Shown: positions 1 through 8,537, counted from the first letter of the stretch. The stretch is DNA of 33,321 bases from Geminicoccaceae bacterium (GCA_036375275.1 DASUSF010000439.1:1-33321); one strand, 5' to 3'. Numbers and translations: made by a program. Notes: generated from the letters alone by a model not told the origin.

Positions 1-173
1 GCCACTCCTTCGTGTACCACCGCCGCCTCGAAGCCGTCGGGGACGTTGATCCCGATCTCCGGGTCGACCGGCGCCGCGGGGTCGACCGCCGGGGCCTGGG
101 AACCGGCCGCTCCCGCAGCGAGGGCGCCGGCGCCGAAGCCGAGGGCCAGGGCGTACATGATGTCTCGGGGCAT
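1..173 (-). CDS. N-terminal fragment of a secreted protein; the gene runs off the window start
   Basis: ATG at 173-171 is preceded on the mRNA by GAGGAGAGAGG. The translation MPRDIMYALALGFGAGALAAGAAGSQAPAVDPAAPVDPEIGINVPDGFEAAVVHEG has a Sec-type signal peptide and strong GC3 bias. It is absent from the ORF track because it is open-ended. Confidence 0.5.
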   Translation of the reverse strand, partial: MPRDIMYALALGFGAGALAAGAAGSQAPAVDPAAPVDPEIGINVPDGFEAAVVHEGV

Positions 174-251
174 GGGCCTCTCTCCTCTCGAACCTCGCCT
201 CGACCCACAAGGGTAGGGCGGATGCGCCGGAGACAAGGCCCACGCCGGAGG

Positions 252-635
252 CTACTTCCCAATGAGCGCGAGCGCGCCGGCGATCAGCAGGACCGACAGG
301 CCGAGCCAGACGACGACCACGAGGAGGACGCCGAGAGCGGCGCGAGGTGCCTGCGGCGCCGCGGCCGCGCGCCGGTGCTCCTCCAGCACCTCCGGCGGGA
401 TCAGCCGGATCACGAGCGCGATGCCGAGCGGCACCAGGATCAGGTCGTCGAGGTGTCCGAGCACCGGGATCACGTCCGGGATCAGGTCGATCGGGCTGAG
501 GGCGTAGGCGACGACGATCAGCGCCAGCAGCTTCGCGGGCCACGGCACCCGGGGATCCCGGGCGCAGCCGCGGAGCGCGCGCACCTCGAGGCGCATGCGC
601 CGCGCCCAGCGGCGCAGCCTCGCGGCCGCCGGCAT
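252..635 (-). CDS. DUF1232 (YkvA-like) family membrane protein
   Basis: The 127-aa ORF carries the family-typical [23 protein letters not shown] motif plus a C-terminal hydrophobic helix. It sits 17 nt downstream of the DUF72 gene on the same strand. Confidence 0.75.
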   Translation of the reverse strand: MPAAARLRRWARRMRLEVRALRGCARDPRVPWPAKLLALIVVAYALSPIDLIPDVIPVLGHLDDLILVPLGIALVIRLIPPEVLEEHRRAAAAPQAPRAALGVLLVVVVWLGLSVLLIAGALALIGK

Positions 636-652
636 TCTGCCGGAGGTTGCCG

Positions 653-1375
653 TCAGCCGGCGAGCTCCATCAGGCGGAGCGCGAGCTTCGGCGCCGCACC
701 TTCGTCCTCGTGCTTGAAGTAGACGTAGGCGGTCTGCCAGGGCTGCTCCCGGATCCGCGCGACCCAGCCCTTCAGCTCGTCATCCGTATAGTCGTCCTTC
801 CTGAGGCGGAGGTAGCCGAACGACGCCGTCGGCTCGAAGGGCACCTCGAGCGCATCCTCCTCGCCCTCGGCGTTCTCCCGCTCCACGAAGCAGAGCGCGG
901 TCCCCCGGGCGCGGAGCGCGTCCACCACCGACGGTTCGAACCATGAGGCGTGGCGGAACTCCATCGCCACCGGGCGGTCGGCCGGCAGGAGGTCGAGGAA
1001 GCGCTGCAGCCGGTCCGCGTCCGCCCGGAGGTAGGGCGGCAGCTGGAACAGGAGCGGCCCCCATTTCTCGCCGAGCGCCGCGAGGTTGCCGACGAGATAG
1101 CCGAGCGGTTCGTCGACCTCCTTGAGGCGGGAGAGGTGGGTGATCCGCCGCGACGCCTTGATCGCGAAACAGAAGTCCTCGGGCACCTCTGCCGCCCAGC
1201 CTTCGAGCACGCTCCGCTTCGGCATCCGGTAGAAGGTGTTGTTGATCTCGACCGTCCTGAGCCGCTCGCCATAGAAGCGGAGCATGTCCGCGTCCTTGAG
1301 GTCCGGCGGGTAGAACGGCCCCTTCCAGGGCTTGTAGGCGTAGCCGCTCGCGCCGGCGAGGATCCGGGGCGTCAT
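653..1375 (-). CDS. DUF72 (YecE-like) family protein
   Basis: In-frame ATG at 1375 gives 240 aa: [27 protein letters not shown]...[11 protein letters not shown]...[14 protein letters not shown], typical of DUF72. The longer 533-aa ORF upstream is Arg/Pro-rich read-through into the reductase gene. Confidence 0.85.
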   Translation of the reverse strand: MTPRILAGASGYAYKPWKGPFYPPDLKDADMLRFYGERLRTVEINNTFYRMPKRSVLEGWAAEVPEDFCFAIKASRRITHLSRLKEVDEPLGYLVGNLAALGEKWGPLLFQLPPYLRADADRLQRFLDLLPADRPVAMEFRHASWFEPSVVDALRARGTALCFVERENAEGEEDALEVPFEPTASFGYLRLRKDDYTDDELKGWVARIREQPWQTAYVYFKHEDEGAAPKLALRLMELAG

Positions 1376-1386
1376 GCGCGCGGGCC

Positions 1387-2376
1387 TCAGACGTTCTGGT
1401 CGAAGTCGGTGACGTAGAGCGTTTCGAGGTCGGCGAGCGCGGCCTCCGGCAGCGGGCCCATCTCGAAGGCCTTCAGCGCCTCCTCGACGTGCGCGAGCTG
1501 CTCGACCCCGACCACGACGCCGTGGATCCTTGGCTCGGCCAGCGCGAAGCGGATCGCGGTCTGCGCCCCGGTGCCGTGGGCGCCGCCGAGCGTCCGGAGC
1601 GCCGCGCTGGCGCGCCGCTCCTCGCCGGCGAGGTCGGTGTCGCGGGTGATCATGCCTTCCCGGCCGTGACGCTTCGTCGTCGCGAGGACGCCGGCGGCGA
1701 GGACCCGGATGTTCATCACGCCGACGTCGTGGGTGGCGCAGGTCTCGAGCAGGCCGGCGAAGTTCTGGGTCGACCAGCCGGCTGCGACCGGCCGCCCGGC
1801 GCTCGGGTTCAGGAGGTTGTAGTAGACCTGCGCGGTATCGATCCGCCCGCTCGCCAGCACCTCCTTGACCACGTCGACGTCGCCGAGCGCGGTGATGCCG
1901 ACGTGGTCGGTGATGCCGGTGCTGCGCAGCGCCTCGAGCGCTTCGATCGCGCCCCGCTCGCCGAGCACCTGGTCGATGCCGAGCGTGTGCCCGTCCTGGG
2001 TCCGGTCGATCGGGTTGTGCAGCTGGACGAGATCGACCTTGCCCCGCTGCAGCCGCTTCAGGCTCGCCGCCATGCTCGCCTCGACCTCGCCGGGGATGTT
2101 GTCGAGCTTCGCCGGATCGAGCCGGACCTTGGTCGAGACGTGCGGCCGCTCGGCATCGTCGAGCTCCCCGAGCAGCCAGCCGAGCGCCTCCTCCGAGGCG
2201 CCATCGCCGTAGCTCGGCGCGGTGTCGATCCAGTTCACGCCGGCGTCCAGGCACATCCGGAGCGCCCGGCGCCTAGTGGCGTCGTCCGCCGTGATGATCA
2301 GCCCGCCGACCCGGCCGGCGCCGAGCACCATCTCCGAGATCTGGAGGCCGGTGCGGCCGAAGCGTCGCTTGTTCAT
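1387..2376 (-). CDS. aldo/keto reductase family oxidoreductase
   Basis: ATG at 2376 has GGAG 6 nt upstream. The 329-aa product begins MNKRRFGRTGLQISEMVLG...NWIDTAPSYGDGASEEALG...VDLVQLHNP, an aldo/keto-reductase-like N-terminus and core. Confidence 0.85.
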   Translation of the reverse strand: MNKRRFGRTGLQISEMVLGAGRVGGLIITADDATRRRALRMCLDAGVNWIDTAPSYGDGASEEALGWLLGELDDAERPHVSTKVRLDPAKLDNIPGEVEASMAASLKRLQRGKVDLVQLHNPIDRTQDGHTLGIDQVLGERGAIEALEALRSTGITDHVGITALGDVDVVKEVLASGRIDTAQVYYNLLNPSAGRPVAAGWSTQNFAGLLETCATHDVGVMNIRVLAAGVLATTKRHGREGMITRDTDLAGEERRASAALRTLGGAHGTGAQTAIRFALAEPRIHGVVVGVEQLAHVEEALKAFEMGPLPEAALADLETLYVTDFDQNV

Positions 2377-2425
2377 CTTGGTCTCCTCGCTGATGCCAGC
2401 GCCTTCTCGGGCTGCTCGCCCACGG

Positions 2426-3043
2426 TCAGGTGACCGGCAGCATGACGTGGTCGCGGTAGGCCGGCCGCTCCTTGAGCCGCTCGTAGTACGCCTCGACCGC
2501 AGGCAGGGCCGGGCGGGCGAGCGGCAGGTTGAGATAGCGGTGGACCGCGGCGCCGACCGCGATGTCGCCGATCGTGAGGGCGTCCTCGAGCACGTAGGGC
2601 CGGCCATCGAGATGCGCGTCGAGGATCCGCCAGTTCGGCACCATCCGGGCGGCCGCGGCCTCGATCGCAGCGGTGTCGCGCTCGGCCTCCGGTGTCCGGA
2701 TCAGGCCCCAGAAGACGACGGTCATGTCCGGGATCAGGGTCGCGGTCTTCCAGTCCATCCAGCGGTCGCTCAAGGCCCGCCTCGCCGGGTCCTCCGGCCA
2801 GAGCGAGCCCGTGGCGTGACGCGCGGCGAGGTAGCGGACGATCGCGTTGGATTCCCAGAGCACCACCTCGCCGTCCTCGAGCACCGGCACCTTCCGGTTC
2901 GGGTTGAGCGTCCCGAACTCCGGCGTGTCGAGGCGGCCGAACGACCCGCCCGCGTCGATCCGCTCGTGCTCGAGCCCGAGCTCGCCGACCGTCCACATCA
3001 CCTTTTGCACGTTGATCGAGCTGACCCGCCCCCAGATCCTCAT
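2426..3043 (-). CDS. gstB: glutathione S-transferase, GstB-like
   Basis: The 205-aa ORF reads MRIWGRVSSINVQKV...LNPNRKVPVLEDGEVVLWESNAIVRYLA...WMDW...LIRTP...ERP. As I recall the E. coli GstB/YliJ sequence, it aligns along the whole length. GGAGGAGG lies 8 nt upstream of the ATG. Confidence 0.8.
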   Translation of the reverse strand: MRIWGRVSSINVQKVMWTVGELGLEHERIDAGGSFGRLDTPEFGTLNPNRKVPVLEDGEVVLWESNAIVRYLAARHATGSLWPEDPARRALSDRWMDWKTATLIPDMTVVFWGLIRTPEAERDTAAIEAAAARMVPNWRILDAHLDGRPYVLEDALTIGDIAVGAAVHRYLNLPLARPALPAVEAYYERLKERPAYRDHVMLPVT

Positions 3044-3275
3044 GTCCCTCGCCTCCTCCGTGCCGCCCCGAGTGCGGCCGCGCCATCGGAGGTGAAGTCG
3101 GAAGCTGGGTCAAGGCCGCGGCGCCCGGGCCCCAGGACGCCGATCATCGCTCGCCCGCGGATCCCTAAGGGTCGACCCCGTCCGTGATCCTCTGTATGGC
3201 GACGGTGGCGCCGGTCGGGGTTGGTCCCGGGTCGAGGGACGACCATCGGACCGGCGTCGGCGGTTGGAGGAGGCG

Positions 3276-4430
3276 ATGTCCGGATCGCGCGAGCTGCGCG
3301 CACGACTCGAGGGCCTGCTCGGCATCCCGTTCGCGGACGGCAACCGGGTGAGCGCGCTCCGGAACGGCCGCGAGATCTTCCCGGCCATGCTGGAGGCGAT
3401 TCGGGGCGCCGAGAGCACGGTCGAGCTCGTGACCTTCGTCTACTGGACCGGCGACATCGCGAAGAAGATGGCCGAAGCGCTCGCCGGACGCGCGCGGGCG
3501 GGGGTCGACGTCCGGCTCGTCCTCGACGCGTTCGGCGCCAGCCCGATGTCGCGCGAGCTGATCGGCGAGATGGAAGAGGCCGGGGTCGAGATCCGCTGGT
3601 TCCGCCCCCTCGGCACCTGGAAGATCTGGCAGTCGGGGCACCGGACGCATCGGAAGGTGCTCGTGGTCGACCGCCGGGTCGGGTTCACCGGCGGGGTCGG
3701 CATCGCCGCGGAGTGGGAGGGCGACGCGCGCAATCCCTCCGAGTGGCGGGACACCCACTTCCGGATCGAGGGGCCAGCGGTGCGCGGCGTGCGCGCGGCA
3801 TTCTTCAGCAACTGGGCCGAGGCCGACCGCTCCGCGCTGCGCGGGACGATCGACAGCGAGCCGCTGGCCGCGATGGGCGACGCGGCGATCCAGGTGGTGC
3901 GTGGCACCGCGTGCTTCGGCTGGAGCGACATCGCGACGACGATGGACGCCCTGATCGCGCTGGCCGAGCGTCGGATCAGGATCCAGACCGCCTACTTCGC
4001 CCCCGGGGAGGACTGGGTCGACGCGTTCCGGCGGAGCATCGCGCGCGGGGTCGAGGTCGAGGTCATGATCCCCGGGCCGCACACCGACAAGCGGGTCTCG
4101 GAGCTCGCCGGCGCGGACGGAATCCGGGCCCTGCTCGAGGCCGGCGCCCGCCTGTTCCGCTACCAGCCGACCATGCTGCACACCAAGGTCATGCTGGTCG
4201 ACGACGAGATCGCCTGCATCGGCTCGGCGAACTTCAACCAGCGCTCGATCCTCAAGGACGACGAGCTGGTGCTGGTGGTGATCGATCGTGGGCTGGCGGG
4301 GATCCTGGACAAGCACTGGAGCGACGACCTGGAGCGCTGCGAGGAGACCACGCTCCGGATGTTCGAGTCCCGCGGCCCGATCCGGCGGCTGCGCGAGTGG
4401 GTCGCGCGCCCGGTCCGCTCGAACGTCTGA
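3276..4430 (+). CDS. phospholipase D family protein (ClsB-type cardiolipin synthase-like), two HKD motifs
   Basis: ATG at 3276 follows GGAGGAGG (3266-3273); the track ORF starts at an upstream TTG at 3264. HxKxxxxD motifs lie at 3648-3671 (HRKVLVVD) and 4179-4202 (HTKVMLVD, followed by GSANFNQRS). No N-terminal transmembrane helix is visible. Confidence 0.8.
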   Translation: MSGSRELRARLEGLLGIPFADGNRVSALRNGREIFPAMLEAIRGAESTVELVTFVYWTGDIAKKMAEALAGRARAGVDVRLVLDAFGASPMSRELIGEMEEAGVEIRWFRPLGTWKIWQSGHRTHRKVLVVDRRVGFTGGVGIAAEWEGDARNPSEWRDTHFRIEGPAVRGVRAAFFSNWAEADRSALRGTIDSEPLAAMGDAAIQVVRGTACFGWSDIATTMDALIALAERRIRIQTAYFAPGEDWVDAFRRSIARGVEVEVMIPGPHTDKRVSELAGADGIRALLEAGARLFRYQPTMLHTKVMLVDDEIACIGSANFNQRSILKDDELVLVVIDRGLAGILDKHWSDDLERCEETTLRMFESRGPIRRLREWVARPVRSNV

Positions 4431-4433
4431 CGT

Positions 4434-4450
4434 CCGCCCGCGGCGGGCGG
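4434..4450. terminator. GC-rich hairpin between convergent genes (candidate bidirectional terminator)
   Basis: CCGCCC-GCGGC-GGGCGG lies 4 nt after the PLD stop and about 50 nt from the stop of the minus-strand gene. There is no T/U tract, so intrinsic termination is uncertain. Confidence 0.25.
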
Positions 4451-4499
4451 CGGACCCCCGGGCCCGCTCAAGGCGTCGGGCGGCATCCGCCGGCTGATT

Positions 4500-5216
4500 T
4501 CAGTAGCCGTTCCGCTCCAGCCAGGGACCGAGCGCCTCGTGCATCCGGCCGACCTGCTCGGGCGACAGCAAGGTTCGCCAGTCGCCGTCGACATAGTCGC
4601 TGACGTGCCCGGTCTGGAATCCGGTTGCGGGGTCGAAGCGGCGCTCGGAGCCGTCGCAGCTCCGGATCAGGATCCCCTCCGCCTCGGTGCCCGCGCCGGC
4701 CGGGTCCCGCTCGCGGTCGCTGATCGCGCGCTGCACCCGCGTCCGGTCGACTCTTCCGCGACCCTCCCACACGCCGATGCATCCAGATCCAAGCCGAGGA
4801 AGCCCGCGATTCCGGCGGGCGACGCGCCCCGGCGCGTGGCGGATCTCCCGGTAGTCGACCGCGAGCCGGAGCCCCGCGGGCAGCGCCGCGTAGAAGCCGT
4901 GCAGGCCGGCGTTCTGAACCGCCGCCTCGCGTGCGGCGTCGAAGTCGGTGCACATGAACCGCATGTAGGAGATCAGCGTGTCGCGTGCGTCGCGCCGCGG
5001 CGCGATGAACAGCGAGCGCGGCGGCAGCGGCTGAAACCAGAGGTGGGTCTTGAACACCCATGCGGCCCCGCAGTCCGCACCCTCGAGCACGGTCCGGGCC
5101 AGCGCGACCGTGTCCTGCTCGCGCGCCGGCACCTGCTCGGGCATGACCCTCCGCCCGGCCCGGCGCAGCAGCGTCCGGGTGACGTTGCAGGTCCACATCC
5201 ACCGGGCCCGCGCCAT
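4500..5216 (-). CDS. hypothetical protein (no family recognised)
   Basis: The 238-aa ORF has mostly strong GC3 bias and a mixed, non-repetitive composition (W, F, Y, C present), unlike the Arg/Pro-rich overlapping frames. The start is ambiguous: ATG 5216, or ATG 5144 with GGAGG 3-4 nt upstream. Confidence 0.5.
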   Translation of the reverse strand: MARARWMWTCNVTRTLLRRAGRRVMPEQVPAREQDTVALARTVLEGADCGAAWVFKTHLWFQPLPPRSLFIAPRRDARDTLISYMRFMCTDFDAAREAAVQNAGLHGFYAALPAGLRLAVDYREIRHAPGRVARRNRGLPRLGSGCIGVWEGRGRVDRTRVQRAISDRERDPAGAGTEAEGILIRSCDGSERRFDPATGFQTGHVSDYVDGDWRTLLSPEQVGRMHEALGPWLERNGY

Positions 5217-5310
5217 GCCATCCTGGCATCACGCATGCCCGCCTCCGCTCGCGCCACCACCCGGCGGATCAGGGTGCCGGATCGAGGTTAAGAAAGAGTC
5301 GCCGGCACCG

Positions 5311-5471
5311 GCTGGCCTTAGAGCAGTCTCCGATGAGATGGAACCACCTTCACGTCGAGGCAGACCCTTCGCTCATCGGAAGAAGACTGCTCTATTTCAA
5401 GGATGTAGAGCATCTTTATCCGCGTGGAACTGCTCATGAAAGCGGTTCTACCTAAGCGGATGATGCTCTAG
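5311..5471 (+). repeat. structured intergenic repeat, copy A (two-hairpin, lower-GC element)
   Basis: It shares blocks AGAGCAGT-NN-CCGATGAGA, CGCTCATCGGAAGAA, TGCTCTATTTC, GGAT..AGAGC and a terminal GCTCTAG with the reverse complement of 8136-8291. Hairpin 1 pairs 5320-5337 with 5372-5393. Hairpin 2 pairs 5407-5424 with 5455-5470, with an inner stem 5426-5433/5442-5449. The last CTAG contains the aminotransferase stop codon. Confidence 0.7.
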
Positions 5472-6835
5472 CCGACGCCGAGATCGGCGGCGGTCAGATC
5501 GAGCGCCAGACGAGCCTTCCCGGCCAGCTCGTCGATCTCGTCCTCGCTGATCACCAGCGGCGGCGCGAGCACCATGACGTCGCGCACGGCGCGCATCACG
5601 AGGCCGTTGCGGACCGAGTGCTCGCGGCACGCGAGCCCGACGCCGCGCGCCGCCGGGAACGGCCGGCGGGCGTGCTTGTCGGCGACCAGCTCGAGCCCGG
5701 CGACGAAGCCCACCACCCGCACCTCGCCGACCAGTGGATGATCGGCCAGGGCGTGCAGGGCGTCGGCGAACCGCCGCCCGGCCGGCCCGGCGCCGCGCAG
5801 GGCCAACCCCTCCTGGTCGAGGATCCGGAGGTTCTCGAGCGCCACCGCCGCGGCGACCGGATGACCCGAGTAGGTGAAGCCGTGGACCCACTCCTCGTCG
5901 GCGGTGGCGACCGCCTCACCGACCCGCGGCCCGAGCAGGACCGCGGCCATCGGCACGTAGCCGGAGGTCAGGCCCTTGGCGCAGGTCATGATGTCGGGTC
6001 GGATGTCGTAGTGGTCGCTGCCGAACCACCGGCCGGTCCGGCCGAAGCCGCAGATCACCTCGTCCGCGACCAGGAGCACGTCGTGCTTGCGGCAGATCCG
6101 CTGGATCTCCGGCCAGTAGCTGGCGGGCGGGACGATCACGCCGCCGGCGCCCTGGATCGGCTCGGCGACGAAAGCGGCGACGCGCTCCGCGCCGAGCTCC
6201 CGGATCCGCTCCTCGAGCGCGAGCGCGGCCTCGCGCCCGAACGACTCAGGGTCCAGGTCCCCGCCCTCCGCGTACCAGTAGGGCGCCCGGACGTGCTCGA
6301 AGCCGGGCAGCGGCAGGTCGGACTGCGGGTGCATCGGCTGCAGCCCGGAGAGCGACGCGGCGCCGAGCGTGACGCCGTGGTAGCCGTAGGCGCGGCCGAT
6401 GATCGTCTTCTTGTGCGGCCGGCCCTGGAGGTTCCAGAAGTAGCGGACCAGCTTGATCACCGTGTCGTTGGCCTCGGAGCCGGAATTGGTGAAGAAGACC
6501 CGGTCGAGTCCGGCGGGCGCGATCCGGGCGAGCCGCTCCGCAAGCTCGGCCGCAACCGGCGTCGTCGACTGGAAGAAGGTGTTGTAGTACGGCAGCGTCG
6601 CCATCTGCTGCCGCGCGGCCTCGACCAGCTCCGCCCGCCCATAGCCCACGTTGACGCACCACAGCCCGGCCATGCCGTCGAGGATCCGGTTGCCCTCGCT
6701 GTCGATCAGGTGACAGCCCTCGGCGCGGACGATCACCCGCGTCCCGTGGCGCGCCAGCTCCACGTGGTTCGTGAACGGATGCAGGTGGTGACGGGCATCC
6801 AGCGCGCGCACGCGCTCGGTCTGAGCGGTCGCCAT
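5468..6835 (-). CDS. spuC: class III (omega) aminotransferase, SpuC-like putrescine/beta-alanine-pyruvate aminotransferase
   Basis: ATG at 6835 gives 455 aa: MATAQTERVRALDARHHLHPFT...MAGLWCVNVGYGR...FFTNSGSEANDT...AEPIQGAGGVIVPP...ADEVICGFGRTG...FTYSGHPVAAAVALENL. As I recall P. aeruginosa SpuC, it aligns along the whole length. Confidence 0.9.
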   Translation of the reverse strand: MATAQTERVRALDARHHLHPFTNHVELARHGTRVIVRAEGCHLIDSEGNRILDGMAGLWCVNVGYGRAELVEAARQQMATLPYYNTFFQSTTPVAAELAERLARIAPAGLDRVFFTNSGSEANDTVIKLVRYFWNLQGRPHKKTIIGRAYGYHGVTLGAASLSGLQPMHPQSDLPLPGFEHVRAPYWYAEGGDLDPESFGREAALALEERIRELGAERVAAFVAEPIQGAGGVIVPPASYWPEIQRICRKHDVLLVADEVICGFGRTGRWFGSDHYDIRPDIMTCAKGLTSGYVPMAAVLLGPRVGEAVATADEEWVHGFTYSGHPVAAAVALENLRILDQEGLALRGAGPAGRRFADALHALADHPLVGEVRVVGFVAGLELVADKHARRPFPAARGVGLACREHSVRNGLVMRAVRDVMVLAPPLVISEDEIDELAGKARLALDLTAADLGVG

Positions 6836-6983
6836 CGGCGGGGCACTCCAGCGGCGGACCGTCCGGCGCCCGGGGAGCGGGCGCAGAGGGGGCTGGTCCG
6901 CTCCACGCGAGTAGCAGCGCCGCGCGCCGTTGCGCAAGCGGGGAACGATCCCGGGTCGCGCCGCCGCCGCGGCCCGGAACCCC

Positions 6984-8126
6984 TCAGCGCGGATCGGGGG
7001 CGGGCCCGGGCTTCTTCTTGGGCGACTGCAGCAGCCTCTCGAGCTTGAGCGCGCTCTCGGCCAGGATCAGGCCGACGGCTGCGCCCAGGCCGTCCGCCAC
7101 CCAGTCGAGCGGCGAGGTCTCGCGGTCGGCGGTGAACAGCTGCAGGACCTCGATCGCGATCCCGATCAGGAGCCAGCTGGTGAAGTGGAGGACGAGCGGA
7201 TCGCGGCGCCGCGCCCAGCGGACCAGGAAGGCGAGCGCGCAGAAGAAGACGGCATGACCGGCCGCGTCGAGGTCCAGGCCGTACAGCCCCAGCCCCGCCG
7301 CGAGGGCGTTCTGCAGCTCCTGGCGGAGCGTCCCGGGCATGAACACCCCGAACAGGGTGAGCCCCGCGGTCAGGAGCAGCAGGAGCCGGATCTTGGGCGC
7401 CCGGATCGAGTGCAGGACGCGGAAGCCGACCCAGGCGCCGAGCCAGCACCAGCCCGTGACCACGAGGGTCGCCGCGAGACGGAAGGAGGGAAGCTCCTCG
7501 AGCGCCTCGATCCTGAGGTTCGCGACATCGAACATGCCGGTGGCGTGGGCGAGCTCGATCCCGAGCAGCGCGTTCCTCACCCGGGGCGAGATCTCGAAGA
7601 TCTGGCGGACGTTGTGGCGCGCGGACGTCCCGATCAGCTGGGCGACGTCGTGCGGCAGGTGCCAGAGGTACGTGCCGTCCGGCGCCTGCTGGGCGAAGAA
7701 GATCCGGGCCCGGTGCCACTGCTCCTCGCCCGCCCGCACCTGCGAGGTGGCGACGTCGGCGGCGACCAGGAGGTGGGTGCGGCCGGGCGGCAGCTCGATC
7801 TGCCGGTAGAGATGGACGATGGCCTCGGGATCGCGGTTCTGAAGGATCGCGTGGCCGAGCTCGGTCTCGTCGAGCGTGATGATCCCGCTCGTGCTCCAGC
7901 CCCGGAACCCCTCGCTGAAGTCGAGGTTGTCCGCGACCGGCACGCCCTGCTCCTGGTAGCGCGGCAGCACGGTGAAGGTGACGACCGTGGCGAGGATCAG
8001 GAGGATCGCGAGCAGCATCACCCGGAGCGCGAGGCGCACCTGCCGCTCGTTCCGGCCCCCGAGCCCTGCGGACCGTTCCCGCCTGGCCCCGGGCGCCACG
8101 CCCGCCTCGGTGAACGTCCGCGCCAT
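6984..8126 (-). CDS. VanZ family membrane protein with an N-terminal extracytoplasmic, CBM-like domain
   Basis: The 380-aa ORF has strong GC3 bias. It has an N-terminal anchor helix (LALRVMLLAILLILATVVTF). About 170 aa follow, beginning DNLDFSEGFRGWSTSG, which resembles a jelly-roll carbohydrate-binding-module N-terminus. The C-terminal VanZ-like core reads HAVFFCALAFLV...LLIGIAIEVLQLFT..R..S..DWVADGLGAAVG. Confidence 0.75.
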   Translation of the reverse strand: MARTFTEAGVAPGARRERSAGLGGRNERQVRLALRVMLLAILLILATVVTFTVLPRYQEQGVPVADNLDFSEGFRGWSTSGIITLDETELGHAILQNRDPEAIVHLYRQIELPPGRTHLLVAADVATSQVRAGEEQWHRARIFFAQQAPDGTYLWHLPHDVAQLIGTSARHNVRQIFEISPRVRNALLGIELAHATGMFDVANLRIEALEELPSFRLAATLVVTGWCWLGAWVGFRVLHSIRAPKIRLLLLLTAGLTLFGVFMPGTLRQELQNALAAGLGLYGLDLDAAGHAVFFCALAFLVRWARRRDPLVLHFTSWLLIGIAIEVLQLFTADRETSPLDWVADGLGAAVGLILAESALKLERLLQSPKKKPGPAPDPR

Positions 8127-8135
8127 GCGATCCGC

Positions 8136-8291
8136 CTAGAGCGGATCCCGATGTGACGGAACCGCCTGCAAGCGGTTCCGATCGGGTGAATCCGCTCTGA
8201 TCCATGGAAATAGAGCAATTTTCTTCCGATGAGCGGAAGGACGTCGCGGTTCGATGCGGCTCTGTCTCATCGGCAACTGCTCTGGACCAGC
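8136..8291 (-). repeat. structured intergenic repeat, copy B (inverted relative to copy A)
   Basis: Its reverse complement aligns with 5311-5471 (see copy A). A long imperfect hairpin spans 8138-8198, with inner stem GGAACCGC-CTGCAA-GCGGTTCC at 8158-8179. The second hairpin arms are CTCATCGG/CCGATGAG and AGAGCA../..TGCTCT. The element ends 9 nt upstream of the VanZ-like ATG (8126). Confidence 0.7.
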
Positions 8292-8499
8292 TTCACGAAG
8301 GCCCTCCACGGGTTCGGCCCGATCCCGTCTCCACCCTGCCGGAGAGTACCATGATCCAGGGTTGGGAGGAGGCGTCGATCGACTCGACCGGATCGCAAGA
8401 GCCACTGATCCGAGACCGGCTTGCCACTGATCTTGGCCCCGACGTGTGCGTGATCGACCTCCGATCCGTCCGTTCCCGCGCAGGGGAGGGGCATCGTGA

Positions 8500-8537
8500 G
8501 CCGGCAAGCCGGCTGCTTCCTCTCCCCCGAGGAGAGG
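8500..8537. repeat. REP-like palindromic hairpins downstream of the GS-like gene
   Basis: The palindrome GCCGGC-AA-GCCGGC lies at 8500-8513. The hairpin CCTCTCC-CCCGA-GGAGAGG lies at 8519-8537 and is followed by GGTGAGGGTGGG. This CCCTCACC.../GGAGAGG style is typical of proteobacterial extragenic palindromes. It lies 39 nt past the stop of the 8576-9922 gene, so it may also act as a terminator or stabiliser. Confidence 0.4.

Noticed and set aside
653-2607. N-terminal extensions of track ORFs: 653-2254, 1387-2607, 17753-20047, 10017-11789, 23677-25947 and 25512-27260.
   Set aside because: The extensions overlap the upstream gene in another frame and are compositionally aberrant. Internal starts with Shine-Dalgarno sequences, or with stop/start coupling, give products matching the normal family N-termini.
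3276-4430. The PLD-family protein as a possible Nuc-like nuclease or defence effector, paired with the adjacent hypothetical.
   Set aside because: It has two HKD motifs with cardiolipin-synthase/ClsB-like length and spacing. The neighbour is convergent rather than co-transcribed. Nothing else in the locus resembles a defence island: no helicase, methylase, ATPase or mobile-element genes.
5290-5439. The shared peptide AHRKK(T/I)ALF in ORFs 5050-5439 (+) and 8136-8507 (-), as a possible small conserved protein encoded by the repeat elements.
   Set aside because: The similarity is confined to the conserved DNA block. Flanking frames differ by indels between copies. There is no start codon or ribosome-binding site at a conserved position, and GC3 bias is absent. 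A DNA or RNA element is the better explanation.
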